A stretch of DNA of 32,000 bases from Erysipelotrichaceae bacterium (GTDB lineage Bacteria; Bacillota_I; Bacilli_A; Erysipelotrichales; Erysipelotrichaceae). Under the pieces are notes generated by a model. The model made no database searches. It saw only the letters and a program-made list of their open reading frames with translations, and had not been told where the DNA came from. How positions within the stretch are numbered: the stretch's first letter is position 1; each line of letters starts with the position of its first letter. Both the position numbers and the translations under genes were made by a program. The stretch spans positions 360,001 to 392,000 of the forward strand of contig OY781039.1 in NCBI GenBank assembly GCA_963676105.1, in the 5' to 3' direction. Of this stretch, positions 1 to 7,412 are shown one piece after another.

Positions 1-105
1 ACATGAATTTAAACATTGTTTTAAACAAAATCAAATAATGCCTTTACATAAAAACGTAGGAATCTACACAAATGAATAAATATATCGAAAAACGATAAAT
101 AAATA

Positions 106-133
106 TTGAAAAACAATAAAATAGAAGTATAAT
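106..133 (+). promoter_or_regulatory. sigma-A-like promoter of the DUF2975/XRE pair
   Basis: TTGAAA (106-111), 16-nt spacer, TATAAT (128-133). The -10 box directly abuts ATG 134. A second in-frame ATG at 140 lies about 7 nt after the -10 box. Confidence 0.45.
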
Positions 134-643
134 ATGAGTATGAAATCATTAGATCGTATTCCACTTAAAGCGTGGACATTAAGTTTGAAAGTACTCATAT
201 TTATCATTGGTATACCTATTTTTGCCTTAGGGGCATATTTTATGTTAAATGTTGTAAATTTTGCCTTTCATTTATGGCCAGACTTAAGTTATCTAAAAAC
301 TGTGGCTAATGTAATATTAGGACTTACAGGAATTCTATATATTTATATTTTATTAAAAGTTACATATATTGTTCATCAATATGAAAAACATGAAATATTT
401 AGTTTACAAACTCATCGTCATATTATTCATGCATCCATCAGCTCAGTCTTAATATCAATCCTATATGCCTTATTATTGCCTGTGTTTTATATTGCCGCTG
501 AAATTGATGATGCGCCAGGCTTTGTCTTAATTGGAATGTTCTTTGTGGTTTTAACTTTTGCCTTAGCTCTTTTACTCTTTGTAATTTCTAATATCATTAA
601 ACAAGCAATTGCATTAGAAGAAGAAAGTCGACTGGTGGTCTAG
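134..643 (+). CDS. Small multi-pass membrane protein, DUF2975-like
   Basis: 169-aa ORF with 4-5 hydrophobic segments. It lies 2 nt upstream of a YozG-type HTH gene, which is the usual DUF2975/YozG pairing. The start could be ATG 134 or ATG 140. Family assignment is from memory of the architecture, not from a search. Confidence 0.6.
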   Translation: MSMKSLDRIPLKAWTLSLKVLIFIIGIPIFALGAYFMLNVVNFAFHLWPDLSYLKTVANVILGLTGILYIYILLKVTYIVHQYEKHEIFSLQTHRHIIHASISSVLISILYALLLPVFYIAAEIDDAPGFVLIGMFFVVLTFALALLLFVISNIIKQAIALEEESRLVV

Positions 644-645
644 AT

Positions 646-852
646 ATGGCAATCAAAGTTAACTTAGATGTCATGTTGGCGAAACGTAATATGAAACTCA
701 ATGATTTATCAGATGCAGTCGGTATAACTGTCGCAAACTTATCTATTCTAAAGACAGGGAAGGCAAAGGCGATCCGTTTTTCTACCTTAGAGAGTTTATG
801 TAAAGTGTTGGATTGTAATGTATCTGATTTATTAGAATTCACTGAAGATTAA
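646..852 (+). CDS. XRE-family (YozG-like) helix-turn-helix transcriptional regulator
   Basis: 68 aa. The sequence 'LDVMLAKRNMKLNDLSDAVGITVANLSILKTGKAKAIRFSTLESLCKVLDCNVSDLLEF' is a typical Cro/C1 HTH of the short YozG type. GGTGG lies about 10 nt upstream of the ATG. Confidence 0.85.
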   Translation: MAIKVNLDVMLAKRNMKLNDLSDAVGITVANLSILKTGKAKAIRFSTLESLCKVLDCNVSDLLEFTED

Positions 853-878
853 AAAAAAGAACTCATCGAGTTCTTTTG
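851..878. terminator. Intrinsic terminator between convergent genes (stronger on the minus strand)
   Basis: AAGAACTC (857-864), loop ATC, GAGTTCTT (868-875). An A8 run on the plus side gives a U8 tail for the minus-strand antiporter transcript. The plus-strand U tail is short. Confidence 0.7.
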
Positions 879-879
879 A

Positions 880-2055
880 TTAGGCTTGTGTAATTTCTCC
901 AGCTTTTTCCAACGTCATCTTCGAGACTGCAGGACCAATAAGTTCATAGACTAATGTACCACACAAGATAACAGCTCTAATAACTGAAGCATATTCAGGA
1001 ACAATATCTTGAGCAACAAAGGTTAAACCTATTGCAACCCCAGCTTGTGGAAGAAGGGCAGGCCCCACATACTTTTTAATATTTGGTGTGGCTTTCATAA
1101 GTACGCCTGCAAGATAAGCACCAAAGTATTTTCCAATTACCCGAACAACGATATAAGCTGTACCAATGATACCGATACTAGGTAGTACTGCGACATTTAA
1201 ATGTGCACCAGCTAATACAAAGAAAATTATGTATATTGGTGGTGTTGCTCGTTCAGTAAGCTCAAGTATGACATTGACATGTTTATAGAGGTTCGCATAT
1301 GTAGCAGATAAAACCATAACCATAAGTAGAGGTGATCCACCATAGTTATCAGCAATAAAAACTGCAAAAAATACAAAACTGAAAGCAAGTGATAAACGAT
1401 TTCCTCGGCTTTCAAAGAATTTTGAGATAAAAGTTAATAAGAAACCTAGGATAAAACCTGCTCCCATTGAGAATCCAATTTCCCAAAATGGATCAAGTAG
1501 ACTTTCAAACAGAGAACTACTACCACTAGATACGATAGCTTTTGATAAAGAGACACTAATTCCAAATAGAATAAGAGCTACGGCATCATCTATCGCAACA
1601 ACACTTAACAATGTTTCTGTAACTGGACCTTTTGTTTTGTATTGTTTAATCACCATGATAGTTGTAGCTGCATCAGTAGCAGCAGCAATTGCCCCTAACA
1701 ATAGAGCAACTGGTATTTCTACACCAATTAGTATTAAAACAGCATCTACTAAGATAACGGCCATACTTGCTTCAAGAATTGCAATAACAATGGGCGTTAA
1801 ACCAACTCGTTTAAAATAGCTGATTTTAAATTCACTTCCAATGCTAAAAGCGATAAATGCCAGTGCTAATTCTGAAAGTAAATCCATACTATTCATGACA
1901 TCAAGTGGAATAATATTAAGTGCATAGGGTCCCATGATAAGCCCAGCAACTAAGAAACCTGATACGTTTGGTAAATTTATTTTTTTTGCAAAACGACTGA
2001 GGAAAAGACCTCCAAAAATCATTAGAGCAAGAAATAATAAGGGTGAGTCTATCAT
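880..2055 (-). CDS. Cation:proton antiporter (CPA/Na_H_Exchanger family), membrane domain only
   Basis: 391 aa with about 11-12 hydrophobic helices and sequence typical of Kef/NapA-like CPA2 transporters. No C-terminal RCK/TrkA domain is present. Confidence 0.85.
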   Translation of the reverse strand: MIDSPLLFLALMIFGGLFLSRFAKKINLPNVSGFLVAGLIMGPYALNIIPLDVMNSMDLLSELALAFIAFSIGSEFKISYFKRVGLTPIVIAILEASMAVILVDAVLILIGVEIPVALLLGAIAAATDAATTIMVIKQYKTKGPVTETLLSVVAIDDAVALILFGISVSLSKAIVSSGSSSLFESLLDPFWEIGFSMGAGFILGFLLTFISKFFESRGNRLSLAFSFVFFAVFIADNYGGSPLLMVMVLSATYANLYKHVNVILELTERATPPIYIIFFVLAGAHLNVAVLPSIGIIGTAYIVVRVIGKYFGAYLAGVLMKATPNIKKYVGPALLPQAGVAIGLTFVAQDIVPEYASVIRAVILCGTLVYELIGPAVSKMTLEKAGEITQA

Positions 2056-2062
2056 AATAAGA

Positions 2063-2407
2063 TTAGTCCTTCATCCCATAAGCACCTTTAACAAAGCTTA
2101 GTGGTATCGTAAAGGCAACCCCAGTTCCTGGTGTACTTAAGTCACCAATAACACTTTCGATAACTTCAATCGTAAACGGAACCTTTTCTTTATTAATTGC
2201 CATAAAGATAGTTTTATTTTCTTCACGATCTCTTTCTAATAGGTGACGTAATGTCCCTAAAAAATATTCTCCCGCTACTTCAGATAATGCGTGAATCATA
2301 CCTGTGCTGTTGATAATGGTTGCGCCTGAGATTTCTTCTTCTTGAAAGCGAATCATTAAGTCTTCTAATTTCTCAACATCATTGAGAACTAAAACGAGTA
2401 ATTCCAT
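2063..2407 (-). CDS. PII-like (GlnB/PstA-DarA-like fold) small regulatory protein
   Basis: 114 aa. The predicted beta-alpha-beta pattern is 'LLVLVLND..(helix)..GATIINSTG..(long loop)..TIFMAIN..(helix)..TGVAFTIPL'. A strong SD (AAAGGAGAAACC) precedes the ATG. The stop lies 7 nt before the antiporter start. Confidence 0.55.
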   Translation of the reverse strand: MELLVLVLNDVEKLEDLMIRFQEEEISGATIINSTGMIHALSEVAGEYFLGTLRHLLERDREENKTIFMAINKEKVPFTIEVIESVIGDLSTPGTGVAFTIPLSFVKGAYGMKD

Positions 2408-2566
2408 AGGTTTCTCCTTTTCAAACGATATTTATGTTACGCCTGTGAAAGTTCAATTACAAGTGCAATTATTAATGAAAGCGTTTTATTGTACATAAAA
2501 TTAATTATTCTTATAAAAATGCAAATTAAAAAAGGTATAATAATAAACAAAGTTGAGGATAAAAAT

Positions 2567-2914
2567 ATGCCATTTGGATTTATTGAAGATTTAGAAAAAG
2601 AAATTATTGAGATGCCTACCGCAAAGGGTGCAAGCAAACGTGTACCAATTGGACCTAATCAAGGTTGGGATTCACACATCATGCGTGTATTTGATTTAGA
2701 AGCAGGTGGTTATACACCAAAACATGTACATGATTGGCCACATATCAACTATATTTTAGAAGGTGAAGGAACCTTACTTGTTGATGGGAAAGTTCAAGAT
2801 GTTAAGTATGGTAATTACGCTTATATTCCATCAAATACTGAACATCAATTTAAAGCAGCTGAAGACAAACCTTTAAAATTCATGTGTATTATTCCAAAAG
2901 AAGCTCTGTACTAA
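2567..2914 (+). CDS. Cupin-domain protein
   Basis: Two cupin motifs are present: 'HVHDWPHINYILEGEG' and 'GNYAYIPSNTEHQF'. I chose ATG 2567 because a GAGGAT SD lies at 2555-2560. The track ORF start at 2489 is an AT-rich extension. Confidence 0.8.
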   Translation: MPFGFIEDLEKEIIEMPTAKGASKRVPIGPNQGWDSHIMRVFDLEAGGYTPKHVHDWPHINYILEGEGTLLVDGKVQDVKYGNYAYIPSNTEHQFKAAEDKPLKFMCIIPKEALY

Positions 2915-3774
2915 GAGCTTCTTTTAATATCTTCTAGAATTTGATTAATTGTATACTGCGAAGATTCAATAAAGTTTGGATCATTCATTTGAATAAGTGC
3001 TTTCCATAAAGCCCAAACAGAAGCTCTAAGCCAAGTCCCTTCATCAACATTCAACAAGTTTCTGAAATGTTTTCGTTCATTATAGTTAAATGTTGTCCAA
3101 GCAATCGCATAGTCACAAGCCGGATCACCCATGCCACAATTCCCAAAATCAATTAAACCAACAAGTTTTCTATTTTCAATTAAAAGATTGTTTGGTGCAA
3201 TATCACCATGGATAAATACAGGTGTATCTTTCCATTCAGTTTTTAGTGCTTGATTTAGACGTTCTTCTAATAATTCTTTGTCCTCTAAAATAGTTAATTG
3301 TTCTAGTGCATCACGTGTTTCATCTTCATAGACAGAAATATGGGCACCACGATAGAAGTTGTGTTGTCCACATAACCATTTCTCAAATTGTGGTAAATGG
3401 CGTAGTTCAACTAATATTGTTGCGAGTTTATCAATTAAATCAAAGTTATCGATATCTTTCTTATCATAAACATCACCATCCACCCATCGCATAATTGAAA
3501 AATGATAAGGAAATAGATCATTTGGTTTTAATAATAAGATAGGACGTGGTATTTCAATTGAAAGTTTAGGTGCAATTTTAGGTAAGATTTCAGCTTCTTT
3601 TATTACTTGAGTCGAATAGGCTTCATCACTTGGGAAACGCATCACATATATATGACCTAAACGATAGGAAATATGATCATGACCTTGAAGAGAAACTTCT
3701 TTAATACTTAAGTTTTTAAATTGAGGATAATTGATGGATAAAGATTCTAATATGGCTTCGATATTAATGTTCAT
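2911..3774 (-). CDS. Aminoglycoside/choline-kinase-type phosphotransferase (APH family)
   Basis: Brenner motif 'HGDIAPNNLLI' and 'IDFGNCGMGDPACDYA' are present. The start is ambiguous: ATG 3774 gives a family-like N-terminus 'MNINIEAIL', and upstream in-frame candidates extend to 3825. None has a clear SD. Confidence 0.75.
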   Translation of the reverse strand: MNINIEAILESLSINYPQFKNLSIKEVSLQGHDHISYRLGHIYVMRFPSDEAYSTQVIKEAEILPKIAPKLSIEIPRPILLLKPNDLFPYHFSIMRWVDGDVYDKKDIDNFDLIDKLATILVELRHLPQFEKWLCGQHNFYRGAHISVYEDETRDALEQLTILEDKELLEERLNQALKTEWKDTPVFIHGDIAPNNLLIENRKLVGLIDFGNCGMGDPACDYAIAWTTFNYNERKHFRNLLNVDEGTWLRASVWALWKALIQMNDPNFIESSQYTINQILEDIKRSS

Positions 3775-3873
3775 ATGTACATAGAATAACATGTGTAAGT
3801 TATGTGACAAAGTGTTCACACACATTTCACGTATAGATATTGAATTTGCCTGTAGAAAGGGTATAATTTAATT

Positions 3874-3994
3874 ACACTTAAGGAAGCGTTGAAAGATTTC
3901 TGAGTTCTAAAAATAATGTAAAGAATGGTCATAGAAACAACGCATAAAACCTTAAGCGATAGGGTGTCTAGAAAAACTAGACACTCTTTTCTTT
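3874..3994 (+). ncRNA. Candidate ~120-nt structured small RNA (unknown family)
   Basis: Promoter is TTGAAT (3840-3845), 16 nt, TATAAT (3862-3867). An imperfect ~80-nt hairpin follows, with these pairs: CTTAAGG 3877-83 with CCTTAAG 3950-56, GCGTTG 3886-91 with CAACGC 3938-43, TTTCT 3897-3901 with AGAAA 3933-37, and GTTCT 3904-08 with AGAAT 3922-26. An intrinsic terminator comes next. There is no SD-led ORF. The downstream gene has its own extended -10 box (TGTTATAAT, 4044-4052). Confidence 0.4.
3961..3994 (+). terminator. Intrinsic terminator
   Basis: GTGTCTAG (3964-3971), loop AAAAA, CTAGACAC (3977-3984), then TCTTTTCTTT. There is no T-run on the opposite strand, so it is plus-strand specific. 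Confidence 0.75.
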
Positions 3995-4076
3995 GGAAAA
4001 CTGTTCCAAGATTTTGTGAAGGTCTTTATCACTTTTGATTGTTTGTTATAATGATGGCGCTACGCTGGAGGAAACT

Positions 4077-4877
4077 ATGGTTAAAATTATCGCAACAGAT
4101 ATGGATGGAACACTTTTAAATTCCCATTCAAAAGTCTCACAACTCAATAAAGAAACATTACTTAAAGCACAAGAAAAAGGGATTCATCTAATCCTAGCTT
4201 CTGGGCGTCCACTCAGTGGATTAATCCATCAAGTAGAAGTGATTGGTTTAAATACTGAAAATACATCACTATTAGCTTTTAATGGAGCGATTATTATTGA
4301 TGCGAAAACTCATGAAGTACATATTTCAGATACTTTACAATTAGATTTAACTAAACGCTTAATTAAACATTTAGAGAATTTTGATGTGAATATCATGATT
4401 ACTGATGGAACAAATCTACATGTTTCAAAACTCGATGGTGTTAATGCAGATCATGAAGCTGAATCAAATGGATTAAAGCTCATTCATGACGACTTTTCTA
4501 ATTTAAGTGTTAGACCACATAAAGTTTTATTATCTGCTGAACCTGAATACTTAGATTCAATTATTAAAGATATTGAAGCTCCATTCATAGATGAAATGGA
4601 CTTTGTAAAGTCAGCACCATTTTATTTAGAGTGTTTAATCAAAAATGAAAATAAAGGTAAAACCTTAGCTCGTTTCTGTGAAATGGAAGGCGTAGACTTA
4701 AAAGATGTCATTGCCTTTGGTGATAATTTTAATGATATGCAACTCATCGAAACGGCTGGTATTGGGGTAGCGATGGGGAATGCTGTACAACCTTTAAAAG
4801 ATATTGCAGATATTATTGCCGATACAAACGATAATGATGGTCTTGCGAAAATTCTAATTGATAAAGGAATTGTATGA
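4077..4877 (+). CDS. Cof-type HAD-IIB sugar-phosphate phosphatase
   Basis: HAD motifs: motif I 'IATDMDGTLL', motif II 'ILASGRP', motif IV 'AFGDNFNDMQLIETAGIGVAMGNA'. SD GGAGG lies at 4066-4070. The track ORF begins at a TTG at 4035. Confidence 0.85.
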   Translation: MVKIIATDMDGTLLNSHSKVSQLNKETLLKAQEKGIHLILASGRPLSGLIHQVEVIGLNTENTSLLAFNGAIIIDAKTHEVHISDTLQLDLTKRLIKHLENFDVNIMITDGTNLHVSKLDGVNADHEAESNGLKLIHDDFSNLSVRPHKVLLSAEPEYLDSIIKDIEAPFIDEMDFVKSAPFYLECLIKNENKGKTLARFCEMEGVDLKDVIAFGDNFNDMQLIETAGIGVAMGNAVQPLKDIADIIADTNDNDGLAKILIDKGIV

Positions 4878-5239
4878 TTAAATTTAGTGGTTATACATTT
4901 GATCCCCAAAAGGATGATGCTTCTAAAATTAAAAAAGCGTTAGATGAATATACATACTCAATCAAAGATAAGATTTGGTTTGTGTGGAAAGATTACTCGC
5001 TTGACCAAGATTTAGTTAGAGAATATTACTTGCCATTTGCTGAGTATGCACAAAATTTAGGCCATAACGTGTACTGTATTATGCCGCATGATATGTCTAA
5101 ACATTTAGTGCGTAATAAAAAACTTATGTTTGTAGATCCAGCTTTCTTGAATGAATTTAAATTTAAACAAATTGAATTTACACTACCATTTAAACCAAAA
5201 TATAAACCGAAATCTGTTATTTCAACCGATGAATTATAA
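4874..5239 (+). CDS. Hypothetical protein (121 aa)
   Basis: The ATG overlaps the HAD stop (ATGA at 4874-4877) and a terminator follows. I recognise no motif. Confidence 0.55.
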   Translation: MIKFSGYTFDPQKDDASKIKKALDEYTYSIKDKIWFVWKDYSLDQDLVREYYLPFAEYAQNLGHNVYCIMPHDMSKHLVRNKKLMFVDPAFLNEFKFKQIEFTLPFKPKYKPKSVISTDEL

Positions 5240-5252
5240 GCATATTTAACAT

Positions 5253-5275
5253 AAAAAGCACATTGTGCTTTTTTT
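5253..5275 (+). terminator. Intrinsic terminator
   Basis: AGCAC (5257-5261), loop ATT, GTGCT (5265-5269), flanked by an A-run and a T6 run. Confidence 0.75.
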
Positions 5276-5315
5276 AGTGGTTTATAATAGATAGTATAAA
5301 TAGAAATGAGAGAAT

Positions 5316-6215
5316 ATGAGAACTGAAAAAAGACTCGATAATGTTTATCAGACAGCTTTCAAGCTTCCTTACAATAATAATAGTAAAATTGTCATTTTAA
5401 GTGATACACATCGTGGTGATGGCTCACTTTCTGATGAGTTTACTCGTAATCAAAATATTTTTACGCATGCTTTACATCACTACTATAAAAATGACTTCAT
5501 ATTAATAGAAGCAGGGGATGGTGATGAGCTTTGGGAACATAAAAACTATGATGTGGTTATTAATGCTCATTTAGAAGCCTTTAATGAACTTCAAAAATTT
5601 CATGAAGACAATCGATATTATAAGATATTTGGTAATCATGATATTTATCTTAAAGATCAAAATTATTTAAAAAATTATCTTCATTATTTTGAAAATAGAT
5701 ACACTCGTGAAGAACATCCGTTTTTTGATAATTTAGTTTCTTATGAAGGGATACTTCTTCAACATGAAAATAAAAACGAAGAGTGTTTAATTGTTCATGG
5801 TCATCAAGGGGATGCACCTAATGATCAATTTTGGTATTTATCAATGTTGTCTCTGAAATATATTTGGCGTTTTCTACATGCTTTTGGTCTTCAAAATCCA
5901 TCATCACCAGTAAGAAGTGAAGTTAAACGGCATAAAATTGAAAAGAACTTTAATAAATGGATATCATCTACAAACATACCTTTAATATGCGGGCACACTC
6001 ATCGTATTAAATTTGCCTTAGATGATGAACTACCTTACTACAACACGGGTTGTGGTGTATATCCTGATAGTATTACTTGTATAGAAATTGTTAGAAATAA
6101 AATAAGTTTAGTTCGTTGGAATATTCGATCAAATGAGCAAGGTGTTTTACAAGTTAAACGTAATATTATTAATGGACCATCGTCGATTCATACCAAAGAT
6201 CGTATTAAAATATGA
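5316..6215 (+). CDS. Calcineurin-like metallophosphoesterase
   Basis: The ordered motifs are 'LSDTHRGDG', 'GDGDELWE', 'GNHD', 'HGHQGD' and 'GHTH'. TATAAT at 5283-5288 and a GAGAG SD lie upstream. Confidence 0.8.
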   Translation: MRTEKRLDNVYQTAFKLPYNNNSKIVILSDTHRGDGSLSDEFTRNQNIFTHALHHYYKNDFILIEAGDGDELWEHKNYDVVINAHLEAFNELQKFHEDNRYYKIFGNHDIYLKDQNYLKNYLHYFENRYTREEHPFFDNLVSYEGILLQHENKNEECLIVHGHQGDAPNDQFWYLSMLSLKYIWRFLHAFGLQNPSSPVRSEVKRHKIEKNFNKWISSTNIPLICGHTHRIKFALDDELPYYNTGCGVYPDSITCIEIVRNKISLVRWNIRSNEQGVLQVKRNIINGPSSIHTKDRIKI

Positions 6216-6460
6216 AACGATTAACAAGTAATGATAAATATGATTCAAAAGAATTAATTCAACTTCAAAAATACGAAAATCTATTTGAATCTTATTTAAA
6301 TGAATATCATCGAATATTAAAAGAACTTGAAGAATTAAAGTTAAACAATAAACAGAAAACAGTACGTTACAAAGAAAACTTTGGACGCAAGTTATTTCTA
6401 AGTTTTATGTTAGAAGAAGCTATTAAATCAAAAATCATTGAGAAAGAGGATTTATTATGA
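6212..6460 (+). CDS. Hypothetical small coiled-coil protein (82 aa)
   Basis: ATGA overlaps are present at both ends (6212-6215 and 6457-6460). The sequence is charged with heptad-like spacing. No family recognised. Confidence 0.5.
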   Translation: MKRLTSNDKYDSKELIQLQKYENLFESYLNEYHRILKELEELKLNNKQKTVRYKENFGRKLFLSFMLEEAIKSKIIEKEDLL

Positions 6461-7308
6461 AGATTGCGTGGATTGGTACAGGTGTCATGGGTTATCCCAT
6501 GGTTAATCATTTAATTGAAGATGGACATGAATGTTCTGTATTTAATAGAACTATTTCAAAAACAAATGGTTTGAATGCGCGTATCTGTACAAATATCAAA
6601 GAAGTTGTAAAAGATGCTGAAGTTATTTTTACAATGGTTGGTTATCCCAAAGATGTTAAAGAAAGCTATGCCAAAGTTTTACGTTATGCACCTAAATCAA
6701 GTATTTGTATTGATATGACCACATCAGATCCAAAACTTGCGATTCAATTAGCATCAAAAGCCAATCGCAAAGGTATTAAATTATTGGATGCCCCTGTATC
6801 AGGTGGTGATATTGGCGCACAAAATGCGACATTGTCAATCATGGTCGGTGGAGACCAAGAAGCGTATGAGAAAGTTTATCCACTCTTTGAAAAAATGGGA
6901 TCTTCCATTCATTATTTAGGTGAAGCAGGAAGTGGTCAATATTGTAAAATGGCTAATCAAATTGTAGTTGCTTCAAATTTGGCGGCTGTCTCAGAGGCTA
7001 TTCAATATGCTCAAGCAGTGAATTTAGATCCAAACTTAATGTTGGATGCGATAAAGGGTGGAGCTGCAGGTTCTTGGCAAGTGTCTAATAATGGACCTAA
7101 GATATTAGTTGAAGATTATAAAGCTGGTTTTTATATTCATCACTTTATAAAAGATTTAAAATTGGTTGATAAGAGTGCTCGTAAGGCTAAACTTAAATTA
7201 GAATCATCAAATCTAGTTTTAAAAAATCTACAGAAGATGGTCAAAAAAGATCCTGATAGTGCAGAACTTGGAACGCAAGCTTATATTGAAAGTTTGAAAA
7301 AAGAATAA
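6457..7308 (+). CDS. NAD(P)-dependent beta-hydroxyacid dehydrogenase (3-hydroxyisobutyrate / 6PGDH NAD-binding family)
   Basis: Rossmann motif 'IAWIGTGVMGYPM', plus 'DAPVSGG' and 'KMANQ' motifs. The length of 283 aa is typical of the family. Confidence 0.85.
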   Translation: MKIAWIGTGVMGYPMVNHLIEDGHECSVFNRTISKTNGLNARICTNIKEVVKDAEVIFTMVGYPKDVKESYAKVLRYAPKSSICIDMTTSDPKLAIQLASKANRKGIKLLDAPVSGGDIGAQNATLSIMVGGDQEAYEKVYPLFEKMGSSIHYLGEAGSGQYCKMANQIVVASNLAAVSEAIQYAQAVNLDPNLMLDAIKGGAAGSWQVSNNGPKILVEDYKAGFYIHHFIKDLKLVDKSARKAKLKLESSNLVLKNLQKMVKKDPDSAELGTQAYIESLKKE

Positions 7309-7412
7309 AAATTTAAGTAGATTGCAATGTGATTTCAAATTTTAATGGGCAGTCTGCTTTTAGTTTTGTGTAAACTTATAATAGAATACTAAAAAAGAAA
7401 AGAGGAATACAT

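Noticed and set aside
2437-2637. 66-aa very hydrophobic minus-strand ORF in the PII-like/cupin divergent region
   Set aside because: It overlaps the cupin 5' end and promoter. Its Ile/Phe/Leu composition is what AT-rich DNA yields by chance, and it has no SD.
3925-4038. 37-aa ORF (MVIETTHKTLSDRV...) inside the candidate sRNA
   Set aside because: It has no SD, it reads straight through the intrinsic terminator hairpin, and it has no hydrophobic or toxin-like character.
7349-7361. GCAG-T-CTGC followed by TTTT between the dehydrogenase and gnd, considered as a terminator
   Set aside because: A 1-nt loop is sterically impossible. The remaining 3-bp stem is too weak, so readthrough into gnd is more likely.
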